Assembly (NCBI GenBank): GCA_043808785.1
Contig: JAZDEL010000006.1
Span: 1 to 32,000 of the forward strand
Direction of reading: 5' to 3'
DNA from: Candidatus Iainarchaeum sp.
Lineage (GTDB): Archaea; Iainarchaeota; Iainarchaeia; Iainarchaeales; JAZDEL01
Length of the DNA stretch: 32,000 bases
Part shown: piece by piece, positions 1-6,854 of the stretch
Position numbering within the stretch: position 1 is the first letter of the stretch
How the letters are laid out: each line of letters begins with the position of its first letter
The notes under the pieces: model-generated
Seen by the model: only the letters and a program-made list of their open reading frames with translations
Databases searched by the model: none
Told to the model about the DNA's origin: nothing
Translations under genes and position numbers: made by a program

Positions 1-160
1 CAAGCCGAAGGGCAAAGCCTGCACTCCTGCGTTTCCCCAGCCTGTATTTTATAACGAACCTGCGGATAGCTTCCTTATCGATTTTGCCCAAGATTCACCA
101 CCTATCAAAGATAGGCGGCAAAATGTCTTGGACCTATACACCGAAAGGCAAAACGAAACC

Positions 161-167
161 GTTAAAT
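161..167 (+). promoter_or_regulatory. TATA-box-like element upstream of cassette 1
   Basis: TTAAATA lies about 25 nt upstream of ATG 192. Its shape and spacing match other TTTAAA(T)A-type boxes in this window (2568, 11055, 11790, 24220, 31428). Confidence 0.4.
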
Positions 168-191
168 ACAACAAAAGCCTAATGAATTATC

Positions 192-416
192 ATGAAATGC
201 TCTTTAAACGACCCGAAATGCCTACTCATAATAGGCGCAGTCATTGTTCTGGTTGTGCTGGCGTTCGTTTTTCTCGGCCAGCAGGGGGGGCAGTCAGGCG
301 GGCAGGGCTCGGAAACGGGCAATGCCGATGACCCGTTTGCAGTGGGCGGCGGGACTGTGCCTGCGGAGGGCGAAGGAACGCCCGACTTCTGCGAGGGCGG
401 AAGCGAGGCCTGCTGA
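192..416 (+). CDS. Small single-pass membrane protein with acidic Gly/Gln-rich tail (cassette 1; paralog of 2611..2850)
   Basis: 74-aa ORF with a short polar N-terminus, a hydrophobic helix (LLIIGAVIVLVVLAFVFL) and a G/Q/E/D-rich tail. The tail aligns with the 2611..2850 product through the shared motifs GQG, TG[ND]A, GGG, EG, P.F and EGG.E. It stops 21 nt before the next gene. Confidence 0.6.
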   Translation: MKCSLNDPKCLLIIGAVIVLVVLAFVFLGQQGGQSGGQGSETGNADDPFAVGGGTVPAEGEGTPDFCEGGSEAC

Positions 417-437
417 GAAACAAAAAGGAGAGGTGTG

Positions 438-2441
438 ATGATGGACAAAAGACTGGTTTTGGCTTTCGCTGCCCTGGTGCTTGTGCCGACGGTGCTGGCG
501 GCGGAGCAGTGCGCATGGTTTAAGGGAAATTTGGTCGGCACAACATATGACTTGCTGACGAATTCAGGGCTTGCAAACGCTCCGCACAGCATAGATTCAT
601 ACACTAACCACGCAAATTATGCGCTGTTTTTCTCGAATGAGAGGGGCATAGTTTACGGGTACAATAAAACAACAAAGCAGTGGGAAAGCGGAAAGATTTC
701 GGATTATTACCCTGCAAGAAAGATTGACGCAATAATATGGCATACTTCGGATGTAACTACTGTTATTTCGGGGATGTTCTACTGGTACAGGCTCGGCCCT
801 GCGTGGGAAGGCAAGACAATTACAAAGGCGGGGAAGGAATGGAAGGGACCTATCGAGATTGAGGCCACTGCAATGAACTTCTGGAAGCCGAGGGTGCACA
901 GGCCGGAATTTGCGCTCACATACCCGGCTGCGCCCGAGGTGGCGACCTCGTTCTTCATGGGCCACGGCGAGCAGCTCTACATAGCCGAGAACGGCAGAGT
1001 GAACGGCGAGCCCGGCATACACCAGTGGTGGACTGGAGGGGGCAATGCGAAGTACTGGTTCTACTCGTTCAAGAAATTCTCCGAACTGAGCCTTGACCTG
1101 AAGAACATGACGCAGTTTGACGCGGTAGGCATGTACAACGGCAGGGGCTGGCTAATATTCGGGCAGGGCAACTGTGTGCCGCTTGTCAGGGACCCAAACC
1201 AAGACACGGGAAAACTGAACGATGTCATCCAGGATGTTATTGGGGTTCCGCAGAAAGATATAGTCGAGTGCACGGAAGGGCAGGCAAAGGAGTATTCTTG
1301 CCCTGATGGCACGAAGGTTCCGTGGTGCACATGCATGGACAAGAAGTGGAACTGCATACTCTCGCCCGAAAACGCGTGCCCGAAGATAGATGTGCCTGCA
1401 TGCGAGGTGCAGTTCACTGATACAGGGTTCCACGGCACTAACAAAACAGTGACTGTAAAGGTGCAGGGCGGGGCCGCTGCAATGAGCAAGGCAATCTCGG
1501 GATATTACAACTTCAACGACCCCGAGACATGCACAATATCGGGCAACACGGTGGCGTGCCCGTGCACGCAGACCACGAACGACATACGCTACGTATCCGT
1601 GACCCTCAAAACAGAGGCTGCTGGCGGCGTACTGTATGCAGTGGATGCCGCGGGAAACAAGGTGTGCAAAGCGGAGAGCGACCCGAAATACGGAGTTGCA
1701 ACATACCACTTCCTTGATGAGGACGGCCTCAAGCGCTGCAACCCGGAACAGGTTATGGCGGACCGCATCACAGTTAACAAGGTGAATGCGCGCTTCCATA
1801 AGCTGGTTGCCAACTATGTGCTGCAGGGTCTGGAGCTCAAAAATATCGGCACGGCAACTGCAACTGTCAGGGACATAAGCGTCCTCTATCCCGAGATGCT
1901 GGTAAAGCCGATTGATGTGAGCATGCAGTGCAGCGATTCCACATCAGCGGACTACTGCAGTTTCAGGCAGCCTGCCGTAACAGCAACGCCAGTGCCGATG
2001 GTGGAGCGCTATGCGCTGACCGCCAAGGTCATGGCTGAACCCGAAAAGGTCTACGAGATTCCCGTGGGCAAGGTAAGGCCTTTGGAAGTCGCGTGGGACC
2101 CGAGCGCGCTGATAGCTGGCAGGCCCCATGACATCTCAGTAGTAATCGCCTTCCTTGACGGCTCTTCGCTGACAGTGCCGATACCCGATGTCGTTGCAGA
2201 GGGCTGCACTGACAGCGACGGTGGCGATAAATACGGTGAAAAGGGTTCGGCAACGGGGAAAAACCCGAACAGGCCTTCGGAGACCATTTCAGCGGAGGAC
2301 TACTGCGACACCTCGGGGAATAAACCGACGACCACGTTAAGGGAGTACTACTGCGACGGCGAGTATCTGAAGGATCATCTGGCGAACTGCGATAATACCA
2401 GCGGTACGAACAGGTGCTCCGACGGCGCGTGCGTAAAATAA
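438..2441 (+). CDS. Large secreted Cys-rich surface protein 1 (propeller-like N-domain, Ig/CARDB-like middle, shared 6-Cys C-terminal module); function unknown
   Basis: The ORF opens at GTG 435; ATG 438 or 441 is preferred because GGAG lies at 427-430. The predicted signal peptide is MMDKRLVLAFAALVLVPTVLA|AEQC, and the mature chain has 22 Cys. Spaced [IF]D[AS] motifs followed by aromatic-rich strands (SIDSY, KIDAI, FDAVG) occur in the first ~230 aa. A CARDB-like stretch (LELKNIGTATATVRDISV) follows. The C-terminal module CTDSDGGDKY...EYYC...CSDGAC is shared with 2865..4775. There is no C-terminal TM anchor. Confidence 0.85.
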   Translation: MMDKRLVLAFAALVLVPTVLAAEQCAWFKGNLVGTTYDLLTNSGLANAPHSIDSYTNHANYALFFSNERGIVYGYNKTTKQWESGKISDYYPARKIDAIIWHTSDVTTVISGMFYWYRLGPAWEGKTITKAGKEWKGPIEIEATAMNFWKPRVHRPEFALTYPAAPEVATSFFMGHGEQLYIAENGRVNGEPGIHQWWTGGGNAKYWFYSFKKFSELSLDLKNMTQFDAVGMYNGRGWLIFGQGNCVPLVRDPNQDTGKLNDVIQDVIGVPQKDIVECTEGQAKEYSCPDGTKVPWCTCMDKKWNCILSPENACPKIDVPACEVQFTDTGFHGTNKTVTVKVQGGAAAMSKAISGYYNFNDPETCTISGNTVACPCTQTTNDIRYVSVTLKTEAAGGVLYAVDAAGNKVCKAESDPKYGVATYHFLDEDGLKRCNPEQVMADRITVNKVNARFHKLVANYVLQGLELKNIGTATATVRDISVLYPEMLVKPIDVSMQCSDSTSADYCSFRQPAVTATPVPMVERYALTAKVMAEPEKVYEIPVGKVRPLEVAWDPSALIAGRPHDISVVIAFLDGSSLTVPIPDVVAEGCTDSDGGDKYGEKGSATGKNPNRPSETISAEDYCDTSGNKPTTTLREYYCDGEYLKDHLANCDNTSGTNRCSDGACVK

Positions 2442-2452
2442 TGTGAACCCAA

Positions 2453-2492
2453 GGGGCGCGGAAAGCGCCCCGTTCTTATTTTTTTATTTTTT
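2453..2492 (+). terminator. Hairpin plus T-tract terminator after cassette 1
   Basis: GGGGCGC-ggaaa-GCGCCCC forms a perfect 7-bp stem at 2453-2471. It is followed by CTTATTTTTTTATTTTTT at 2475-2492, an 18-mer identical to 4810-4827. Confidence 0.7.
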
Positions 2493-2567
2493 AAGCCCAA
2501 GCGGAAGCGTTGTTTGCGGGTTTGTTTGGTTTTCCATAATTTCTGCAAAACCCGCGGCAAAGCAAGG

Positions 2568-2575
2568 TTTAAATA
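2568..2575 (+). promoter_or_regulatory. TATA-box-like element upstream of cassette 2
   Basis: TTTAAATA lies 36 nt upstream of ATG 2611, and GGAGG lies at 2598-2602. Confidence 0.45.
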
Positions 2576-2610
2576 GCACCAAACCCATACTATAACAGGA
2601 GGTATCTTTA

Positions 2611-2850
2611 ATGAAGGGAACCAAGGCTAAAGACAAAAACCAGATGTACCTGCTCCTTCTCGGAGTGGTTATAGTTGCCGTGATTGCAGTTGTGCTCTTC
2701 AGCCAGCCTGCGCCTGATGCACAGGCGGGGGACGGGCAGGGGAACGCTGCAACAGGCGATGCTACTGATGTTTTGGCGAGCGGCGGGGGACAGCCGCAGG
2801 AAGGAACAGAACCGGCATTCGATTCCGAAGGCGGGGAGATAGCGGAGTAA
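2611..2850 (+). CDS. Small single-pass membrane protein with acidic Gly-rich tail (cassette 2; paralog of 192..416)
   Basis: 79-aa ORF with GGAGG 8 nt upstream. It has a Lys-rich N-terminus (MKGTKAKDKNQ), the helix YLLLLGVVIVAVIAVVLF and a tail homologous to the 192..416 product. It stops 14 nt before the next gene. Confidence 0.65.
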   Translation: MKGTKAKDKNQMYLLLLGVVIVAVIAVVLFSQPAPDAQAGDGQGNAATGDATDVLASGGGQPQEGTEPAFDSEGGEIAE

Positions 2851-2864
2851 AGGAGGCTTGAAAC

Positions 2865-4775
2865 ATGAAGGCAAGGACACTATTAATTCTGGCAATGCTG
2901 CTTTCTTTGCCCGCGTTCGCGCTGGCTAAGGAGCAGTGCTTATGGGCAGGGGGGGAGAATTACGGAGGCACTGCAAGCGTGCTTAAGGCTGCAGGCATGC
3001 CCCGGAACACTATTATTCCGAGCAAGATTGATGCCGCAATGGAGGACCTGCGCAATGTTTACCTGTACTCCAGGGAAACAATGATGTTTTATGTGCTGAG
3101 CAAGGACACATTGAAGTGGACTGCAGGAAAGGTCGATAACCCGCAGTTCGCGCCGATAGGCGGCTACTGGATTAACGTGGTTCCGACAAGGAATATTGAT
3201 TCGATGAATTATGACATACTGTCGGATGCATATACAATAACATCCGGCGGCACGTACTACATATGGAAAGACAACAAATGGAGCCATGTGTACCGCTTGG
3301 GCGATTCCACAAGGGGATGGAGGCCGAACACCATGCCTCTGCCCGAGCTGCCGTCAAGGGCGGATGTGCTGGCGAACTTCGGCGACGCGCAGGGGAAACT
3401 CCAGACACTCATAGGGGTAAACAGCGGCAAGGGCCTGAAGGAATGGTACACTTCGGGCGCAAGGGTCAATCCCTGGTGGAATTTCAAGCTTGTGCCTTAC
3501 GACAGGCTTGGGCTGAGGGCACCGAAGCTCACTACAAGCGTGCAGGGGCTTGTGAGTGTTGATGCCATAACAGTGAACCTCGTGGTTCCAAAGAAGGAAT
3601 CCGTCAGGGTCAAGCTCGGCAAGACGATTATCTTCGGCACTGTCAGCGGCTCATGCAAAGTTGACAAGGTCACGAAGGTGCCGTGGGATATACAGATAAA
3701 GAACCCGGAACAGCTGCCTGTTCCCGTCCCTCAGCCCGGGCCCGAGCAGATAACCGAGTGCGTTGTCGGGGTTGTTGACAGGGGCACTGCGAGCACAGAA
3801 GGCATAGGCGCAAAGAAAGTAAAGGTGTTCGATGTCAAGGTCAACGGCGCTGCGGGAAAGGCAGTGAAAGCGGAGGCGCAATATGGCACTGCAGCGGGCA
3901 ACAAAAGTGACTGCGCGGTGTCCGCGAACGCGAACGGCGGCTCGACAATTAAGTGCGACTGCAAGAGCGGCGCAAATTCAATCCGCGGAGTCGGCATAAC
4001 AATCAAGCAGGGCGACTATACGAAGTGCTCAATAAACAACACAAAGGTAAACAGGGGTGCATACCAGACTGTTGCGGTCGACCCGTGCCCGGAGACAGTC
4101 CCGCAGGAAGTTCCCGGGCAGGTTCCGCAGCCCGGGCCCGAGCAGATAACCGAGTGCGTTGTGGGAGTTGTTGACAAGGGTACGGAAACTTCGTTTGCCC
4201 CAATAGGCGGAGCCAGGGCATTCAAGGTGTTCGGCGTGCAGGTCAACGGCGCTGCTGGAAAGGCCGTGAAAGCGGACGCATACTACGGCGGCTCCTCGGA
4301 CAACTGGCTTGGCTGCTCGCTGCGGGAAAACAACACCACCCTATGGTGCCCCTGCAAATACACGGGCAACACAAAAAGCCTCTATGCGGTCGGCATAAGA
4401 ATCAAGCAGGACGACTACACTAAGTGCACAATAAACACAGCCAGCGTTAAGAGGGGAAACTACCAGACAGTTACTGTGAACCCCTGCCTGGAGAACGTGC
4501 CTGTGCCGGAGAGTAGCGGCGGCGCTGAACAGTTGGTTGAGTGCAAAGAAACCGACGGCGGCAAGGATAAGTATGTGAAGGGAACCGCAACCGGGAAGGA
4601 GAAATACGGCGTTGCGGCGTCGGCCACCAAGGAGGATTACTGCATCGGCCCTGGCACTCAATTCACAGCCAACAAGCCTACGGTCGTGGAATATTACTGC
4701 GAAGGCGGCTATCTGGAAAACGCGCCAATGACGTGCAACGACAAAGCATGCAGAGACGGCGCGTGCACAAGGTAA
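2865..4775 (+). CDS. Large secreted Cys-rich surface protein 2 (paralog of 438..2441, with an internal tandem domain duplication)
   Basis: AGGAGG lies at 2851-2856. The predicted signal peptide is MKARTLLILAMLLSLPAFALA|KEQC, and the mature chain has 20 Cys. Hemopexin-like strings are present (SKIDAAMEDLRNVYLYSRETMMFYVL, RNIDSMNY...YYIWKDNKW). There are two ~123-aa repeats, followed by the C-terminal module CKETDGGKDKY...EYYC...CRDGAC. Confidence 0.85.
   Translation: MKARTLLILAMLLSLPAFALAKEQCLWAGGENYGGTASVLKAAGMPRNTIIPSKIDAAMEDLRNVYLYSRETMMFYVLSKDTLKWTAGKVDNPQFAPIGGYWINVVPTRNIDSMNYDILSDAYTITSGGTYYIWKDNKWSHVYRLGDSTRGWRPNTMPLPELPSRADVLANFGDAQGKLQTLIGVNSGKGLKEWYTSGARVNPWWNFKLVPYDRLGLRAPKLTTSVQGLVSVDAITVNLVVPKKESVRVKLGKTIIFGTVSGSCKVDKVTKVPWDIQIKNPEQLPVPVPQPGPEQITECVVGVVDRGTASTEGIGAKKVKVFDVKVNGAAGKAVKAEAQYGTAAGNKSDCAVSANANGGSTIKCDCKSGANSIRGVGITIKQGDYTKCSINNTKVNRGAYQTVAVDPCPETVPQEVPGQVPQPGPEQITECVVGVVDKGTETSFAPIGGARAFKVFGVQVNGAAGKAVKADAYYGGSSDNWLGCSLRENNTTLWCPCKYTGNTKSLYAVGIRIKQDDYTKCTINTASVKRGNYQTVTVNPCLENVPVPESSGGAEQLVECKETDGGKDKYVKGTATGKEKYGVAASATKEDYCIGPGTQFTANKPTVVEYYCEGGYLENAPMTCNDKACRDGACTR
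3726..4493 (+). repeat. Intragenic tandem duplication (2 x ~123-124 codons, period 396 nt)
   Basis: Repeat A spans 3726-4094 and repeat B spans 4122-4493. A 35-nt stretch is identical at 3732-3766 and 4127-4161. The block gtcaacggcgctgc.ggaaaggc.gtgaaagcgga is near-identical at ~3840 and ~4241. The rest is diverged. Confidence 0.9.
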
Positions 4776-4786
4776 TGCGAACTCAC

Positions 4787-4828
4787 GGGGGCTTTGAAAA
4801 AGGCCCCGCCCTTATTTTTTTATTTTTT
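4787..4828 (+). terminator. Hairpin plus T-tract terminator after cassette 2
   Basis: An 8-bp stem with a GAAA loop lies at 4787-4806. It is followed by CTTATTTTTTTATTTTTTT at 4810-4828. Confidence 0.7.
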
Positions 4829-4859
4829 TGGTAAACAGCCGAAAGGCGGCAAACCCTGC

Positions 4860-4868
4860 ATTTATAAA
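4860..4868 (+). promoter_or_regulatory. TATA-box-like element for the rps19e transcription unit
   Basis: ATTTATAAA lies about 125 nt upstream of the rps19e start, which implies a ~100-nt leader. Confidence 0.4.
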
Positions 4869-4897
4869 CCTTCGTTTTCTATACTTTTGTATAAACA

Positions 4898-4974
4898 GGC
4901 TGCTTCGGGCAGTCTGCTGATTGGTTTTGCTCCCCGTGCTTCGGGCAAGGGTTGAGCAACCAATCCCGAAAGGG
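4898..4974 (+). promoter_or_regulatory. Structured 5' leader or candidate small RNA upstream of rps19e
   Basis: Three consecutive hairpins are present. The first (4898-4914) has a 6-bp stem. The second (4919-4965) has 18 bp in four helical segments, including GATTGGTT/AACCAATC. The third (4965-4974) is CCC-GAAA-GGG. The 11-mer TGCTTCGGGCA forms the apex of both larger hairpins (4901-4911 and 4937-4947). Confidence 0.45.
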
Positions 4975-4991
4975 AAAAAGGATGTGAAAAA

Positions 4992-5603
4992 TTGGGTGTT
5001 TTCGACGTTCCGGCAGGAGCACTTATAGGCGAGATAGCCAAGGAACTGAAGGGCAGGATTGCGCAGCCCAAGTGGGCGGGGCTTGTAAAGACGGGCGTGA
5101 ACAGGGAAAGGGCGCCGCAGAATCCCGACTGGTATTTTGTGCGCACCGCATCCGTGCTTTACAGGGTTTACACAGACGGGCCGGTGGGCACGGGAAGTTT
5201 GAGGACCTATTATGGCGGGAGAAAAAGGCGCGGAGTGAGGACGGAGCACTTCAGGGAAGCGGGCGGAAAAATTATACGCACCTGCCTGCAGAACCTTGAG
5301 AAGGAGGGGCTGATTAAAAAGGTCGAGAAGGGCAAGGGCAGGATAATAAGCGCGAAGGGCGCGGGATATTTGAACAGGAAGGCAAATGAAGTTGCGGAGC
5401 TTATCAGGAGCGGGGCATATGCTGCAAAGGCAGGGCACGGAAGAAAGGGGAAGAGCGCGGAGGAAGAGAGCGTTACTGCCACGCTAAGGGGGCAGGAAGA
5501 GGCGAAGAAGAAGAAGATTGAGGGGGAGAAGAAGGCTGCGGAGAAAAGGCACCAAGCAGGCGCGGAGAAGGCGACGGAGGGTGCTGAAGCGAAACCCGCA
5601 TAG
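4992..5603 (+). CDS. rps19e: 30S ribosomal protein S19e (eS19) with a Lys/Glu/Ala-rich C-terminal extension
   Basis: The product reads GVFDVPAGALIGEIAKELK...PDWYFVRTASVLYRVY...GGRKRRG, which is typical S19e. The only in-frame start near the conserved N-terminus is TTG at 4992. The last ~55 aa are low complexity. Confidence 0.9.
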   Translation: MGVFDVPAGALIGEIAKELKGRIAQPKWAGLVKTGVNRERAPQNPDWYFVRTASVLYRVYTDGPVGTGSLRTYYGGRKRRGVRTEHFREAGGKIIRTCLQNLEKEGLIKKVEKGKGRIISAKGAGYLNRKANEVAELIRSGAYAAKAGHGRKGKSAEEESVTATLRGQEEAKKKKIEGEKKAAEKRHQAGAEKATEGAEAKPA

Positions 5604-5625
5604 GGCGGCAGGGAGCGGAATTTGC

Positions 5626-5922
5626 ATGCAACTCGGACAGCAGGGAGACGGGAACCAGGAAAGGGCTGTTGCGGAAAGGCAGAGGATGCTTGAGGCTGAA
5701 ATGCAATTGAGTTCAATCATGAGGAATGTGCTGGAGGGCAAGGCAAGGGAAAGGCTGAATAATGTGAGGCTTGTCAACAGGGAATTGTATTACAAGGTTA
5801 CACAGGCGGTAATGGTTCTTGCGCAGCGGGGCGAGATTAACGGGAAACTTGGGGATGCGGAACTGAAGGATTTGCTTGAAAGGCTTGCGAGGAAGAGGGA
5901 GACTACGATAAAAAGAAAATAA
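5626..5922 (+). CDS. PDCD5/TFAR19-like double-stranded DNA-binding protein
   Basis: The product reads QRMLEAEMQLSSIMRNVLEGKARERLNNVRLVNRELYYKV...INGKLGDAELKDLL. GGGAG lies upstream of the start. The gene sits in its usual position after rps19e. Confidence 0.8.
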   Translation: MQLGQQGDGNQERAVAERQRMLEAEMQLSSIMRNVLEGKARERLNNVRLVNRELYYKVTQAVMVLAQRGEINGKLGDAELKDLLERLARKRETTIKRK

Positions 5923-5949
5923 AAACAAAACGCGGCGGGTTGGTTTTTT

Positions 5950-6213
5950 ATGGTTCACAAAACACAGGAACTCAAGGAATTTTTGATTGCCGCGAGGAAG
6001 AAGATAGGCCCCGGAATGACAAACGCGCCTGTCTGGGCGATGCGCAAGGCCGGCAAGAGGCTTTGGAACAAGAAGCAGAAGAGGCACTGGCGCAGCACGA
6101 AACTCGGCCTGCTTTTCAAGAAGAAGCAGAGGAAGAGCGGCAAGCAGGGGAGAGGGAAGCGCGCAAAGAGCGGAAAGATGCATCCGAAGAAAAGGAAGAT
6201 GGGGTATCATTAG
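5950..6213 (+). CDS. rpl39e: 50S ribosomal protein L39e (eL39) with a basic C-terminal extension
   Basis: The L39e core reads NAPVWAMRKAGKRLWNKKQKRHWRSTKLGL. It is followed by about 33 extra Lys/Arg/Gly-rich residues. Confidence 0.8.
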   Translation: MVHKTQELKEFLIAARKKIGPGMTNAPVWAMRKAGKRLWNKKQKRHWRSTKLGLLFKKKQRKSGKQGRGKRAKSGKMHPKKRKMGYH

Positions 6214-6297
6214 AGGGCGTTGCAGGAAAGGCGGGGTTTGTATTTTCAGAGGTTGCGGACGGGGAAGGGCGGCGGATATTTTCAGAGGGTGTGTTGA

Positions 6298-6762
6298 ATG
6301 AAAGGGAATGAAGCGGAATATGTGATAAGCCTTGTGCCCGTTTTCAGCCAGCCGAGAACAAAGAGGGCAAAAAAAGCCGTGAAAGAGGTAAAGAGGTTCG
6401 TGAAGAAGCACGCGCGCAGCGATAACGCGGTTATTACGGAGGAGCTGAACCGCGAAATATGGAAGAATTCAAAAAACATACAGCGCAGGCTCGAGGTTAT
6501 GCTTGTGAAGAAGGACGGGAAGGTTTATGTTTACCTGAGCAAGGGGAAACAGCTTGCGGAGGACAGGAAACGCGAGGCCGATGACAAGAAAAAGAAAGAG
6601 GCCGAGAAGAAGGAAAAGGAAAAGAAGGCCGCCGAGGGAAAGGACGGGAAAAAAGAGGCAAAGGATATCGAGGCCGAGGAAGCGGAAAAGAAAAAGCGCG
6701 AGGAGAAGAGGGAGAAGGAGATTGCCGCGGAGAAAGGGGACATCAAGAGGGGAATGAAGTAG
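6298..6762 (+). CDS. rpl31e: 50S ribosomal protein L31e (eL31) with a long Lys/Glu-rich C-terminal extension
   Basis: The L31e core reads RTKRAKKAVKEVKRFVKKHARSDNAVITEELNREIWKNSKNIQRRLEV. It is followed by a ~70-aa KE-rich tail. Confidence 0.88.
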   Translation: MKGNEAEYVISLVPVFSQPRTKRAKKAVKEVKRFVKKHARSDNAVITEELNREIWKNSKNIQRRLEVMLVKKDGKVYVYLSKGKQLAEDRKREADDKKKKEAEKKEKEKKAAEGKDGKKEAKDIEAEEAEKKKREEKREKEIAAEKGDIKRGMK

Positions 6763-6820
6763 CGCGCGTGAGCGGGCGAAAGACAAAGGGCGCGGGAAAG
6801 GAAAGAGGGCACGCCGGGGA

Positions 6821-6829
6821 ATTAAAATA
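6821..6829 (+). promoter_or_regulatory. TATA-box-like element upstream of eif6
   Basis: ATTAAAATA lies 26 nt upstream of ATG 6855. Confidence 0.4.
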
Positions 6830-6854
6830 ACGCAGGCGCGAAAAAGGGGAAAAA

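Noticed and set aside
1-60. A possible minus-strand TATA box (TTATAAAATA, complement of 45-54) with a GTG at 24 that might start a gene running off the left edge
   Set aside because: Only 8 codons are visible and there is no recognisable sequence, so it cannot be supported from this window.
192-280. Possibility that the small membrane proteins (192..416 and 2611..2850) are type IV pilin-like substrates of the A24 peptidase encoded at 14099..14914
   Set aside because: Their N-termini are charged and then hydrophobic. However, I see no clear [KR]-[GA] cleavage motif directly abutting the hydrophobic segment. In 2611..2850, several polar residues intervene. The peptidase gene is also 10 kb away. 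This remains an untested alternative.
5940-6311. The 123-aa ORF overlapping rpl39e in another frame, and the small overlapping ORFs at 128..331, 244..438, 6554..6757 and 8384..8803
   Set aside because: They sit out of frame inside better-supported genes. Their products are E/R/K low-complexity strings generated by the same purine-rich repeats.
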